A stretch of DNA of 64,000 nucleotides from Lama glama (lineage: Eukaryota), in NCBI GenBank assembly GCA_028534125.1, contig CM052816.1, positions 62,932,001 to 62,996,000 of the forward strand. Direction: 5' to 3'. The notes beneath the pieces are model-generated. The model had not been told where the DNA came from and ran no database searches. It saw only the letters and a list, made by a program, of their open reading frames with translations. The translations under genes were made by a program, and so were the position numbers. Positions 63,606 through 64,000 of this stretch are shown here, piece by piece. Numbering within the stretch: position 1 is the first letter of the stretch; the number at the start of each line of letters is the position of its first letter.

Positions 63606-64000
63606 TAGGCTTTCCTCAATATATTTCATTTACTGATCACTAATGATGTCAGAGAGCCAAAGGAAATAAGTTAAACAAGAGTTAGAAACAGGAGGGAGAA
63701 ATAAAGATACTCAGTTTAGACATCAGTCTGCCTCGTTTTTACTCACTTGAAAATCTAAGTTCTCTAGGAAAAGGCCTAGACCGTTCTGATTCATGGCATC
63801 CCAGAGAGTCTTAATTCCAAAAGTGATGTCATTTTCAAAACGTAAACATGGTTTCATTAACTTTTACGCCTAAATTTTTCACTCCCCTTGAGATTACAAT
63901 GAGGCTCAAGGGGATACATTTTTTAAATTCTGAGTGTTCTAGAATCAGTTCTTAGATATTAACTATTTAATTAAGCAGAGGCTACATTACTCCCCTCTAA

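Noticed and set aside
63883..63914. 10-bp stem hairpin TCCCCTTGAG/CTCAAGGGGA with a 12-nt loop
   Set aside because: Too short for a pre-miRNA, and roughly one such stem is plausible by chance in 64 kb.

Overview
AT-rich, CpG-depleted placental-mammal genomic DNA with one 500-N assembly gap (12411-12910). It is dominated by interspersed repeats: LINE-1 of several ages, L2, MIR, MaLR/ERVL/ERV1 solo LTRs and hAT MITEs. The young L1 3' ends look cetartiodactyl and I see no Alu, B1, Bov-tA, PRE1, CHR or Can-SINE copies, so a camelid-like host is plausible (inference only). No intact protein-coding gene, RNA gene or CRISPR array is supported. The ORF-track entries are L1 ORF1/ORF2 remnants, their antisense shadows, gap artefacts or chance ORFs. 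I cannot demonstrate a new biological system. The most notable signals are mutational-mechanism fossils: (1) a chained, locally templated insertion at 17923-18119 built from a direct copy of 16300-16333 and an inverted copy of 14590-14747; (2) a 58-bp tailless insertion of only the extreme 5' end of an L1, with a 14-bp TSD (63231-63288); (3) an inverted ORF1 piece relocated into ORF2 of what appears to be the same L1 (62771-62909); (4) in-frame ORF2 shortening in the youngest L1 copy; (5) weak hints of a minus-strand host transcript. Repeat family names come from recalled consensus motifs, not a database search, and boundaries of old repeats are approximate.
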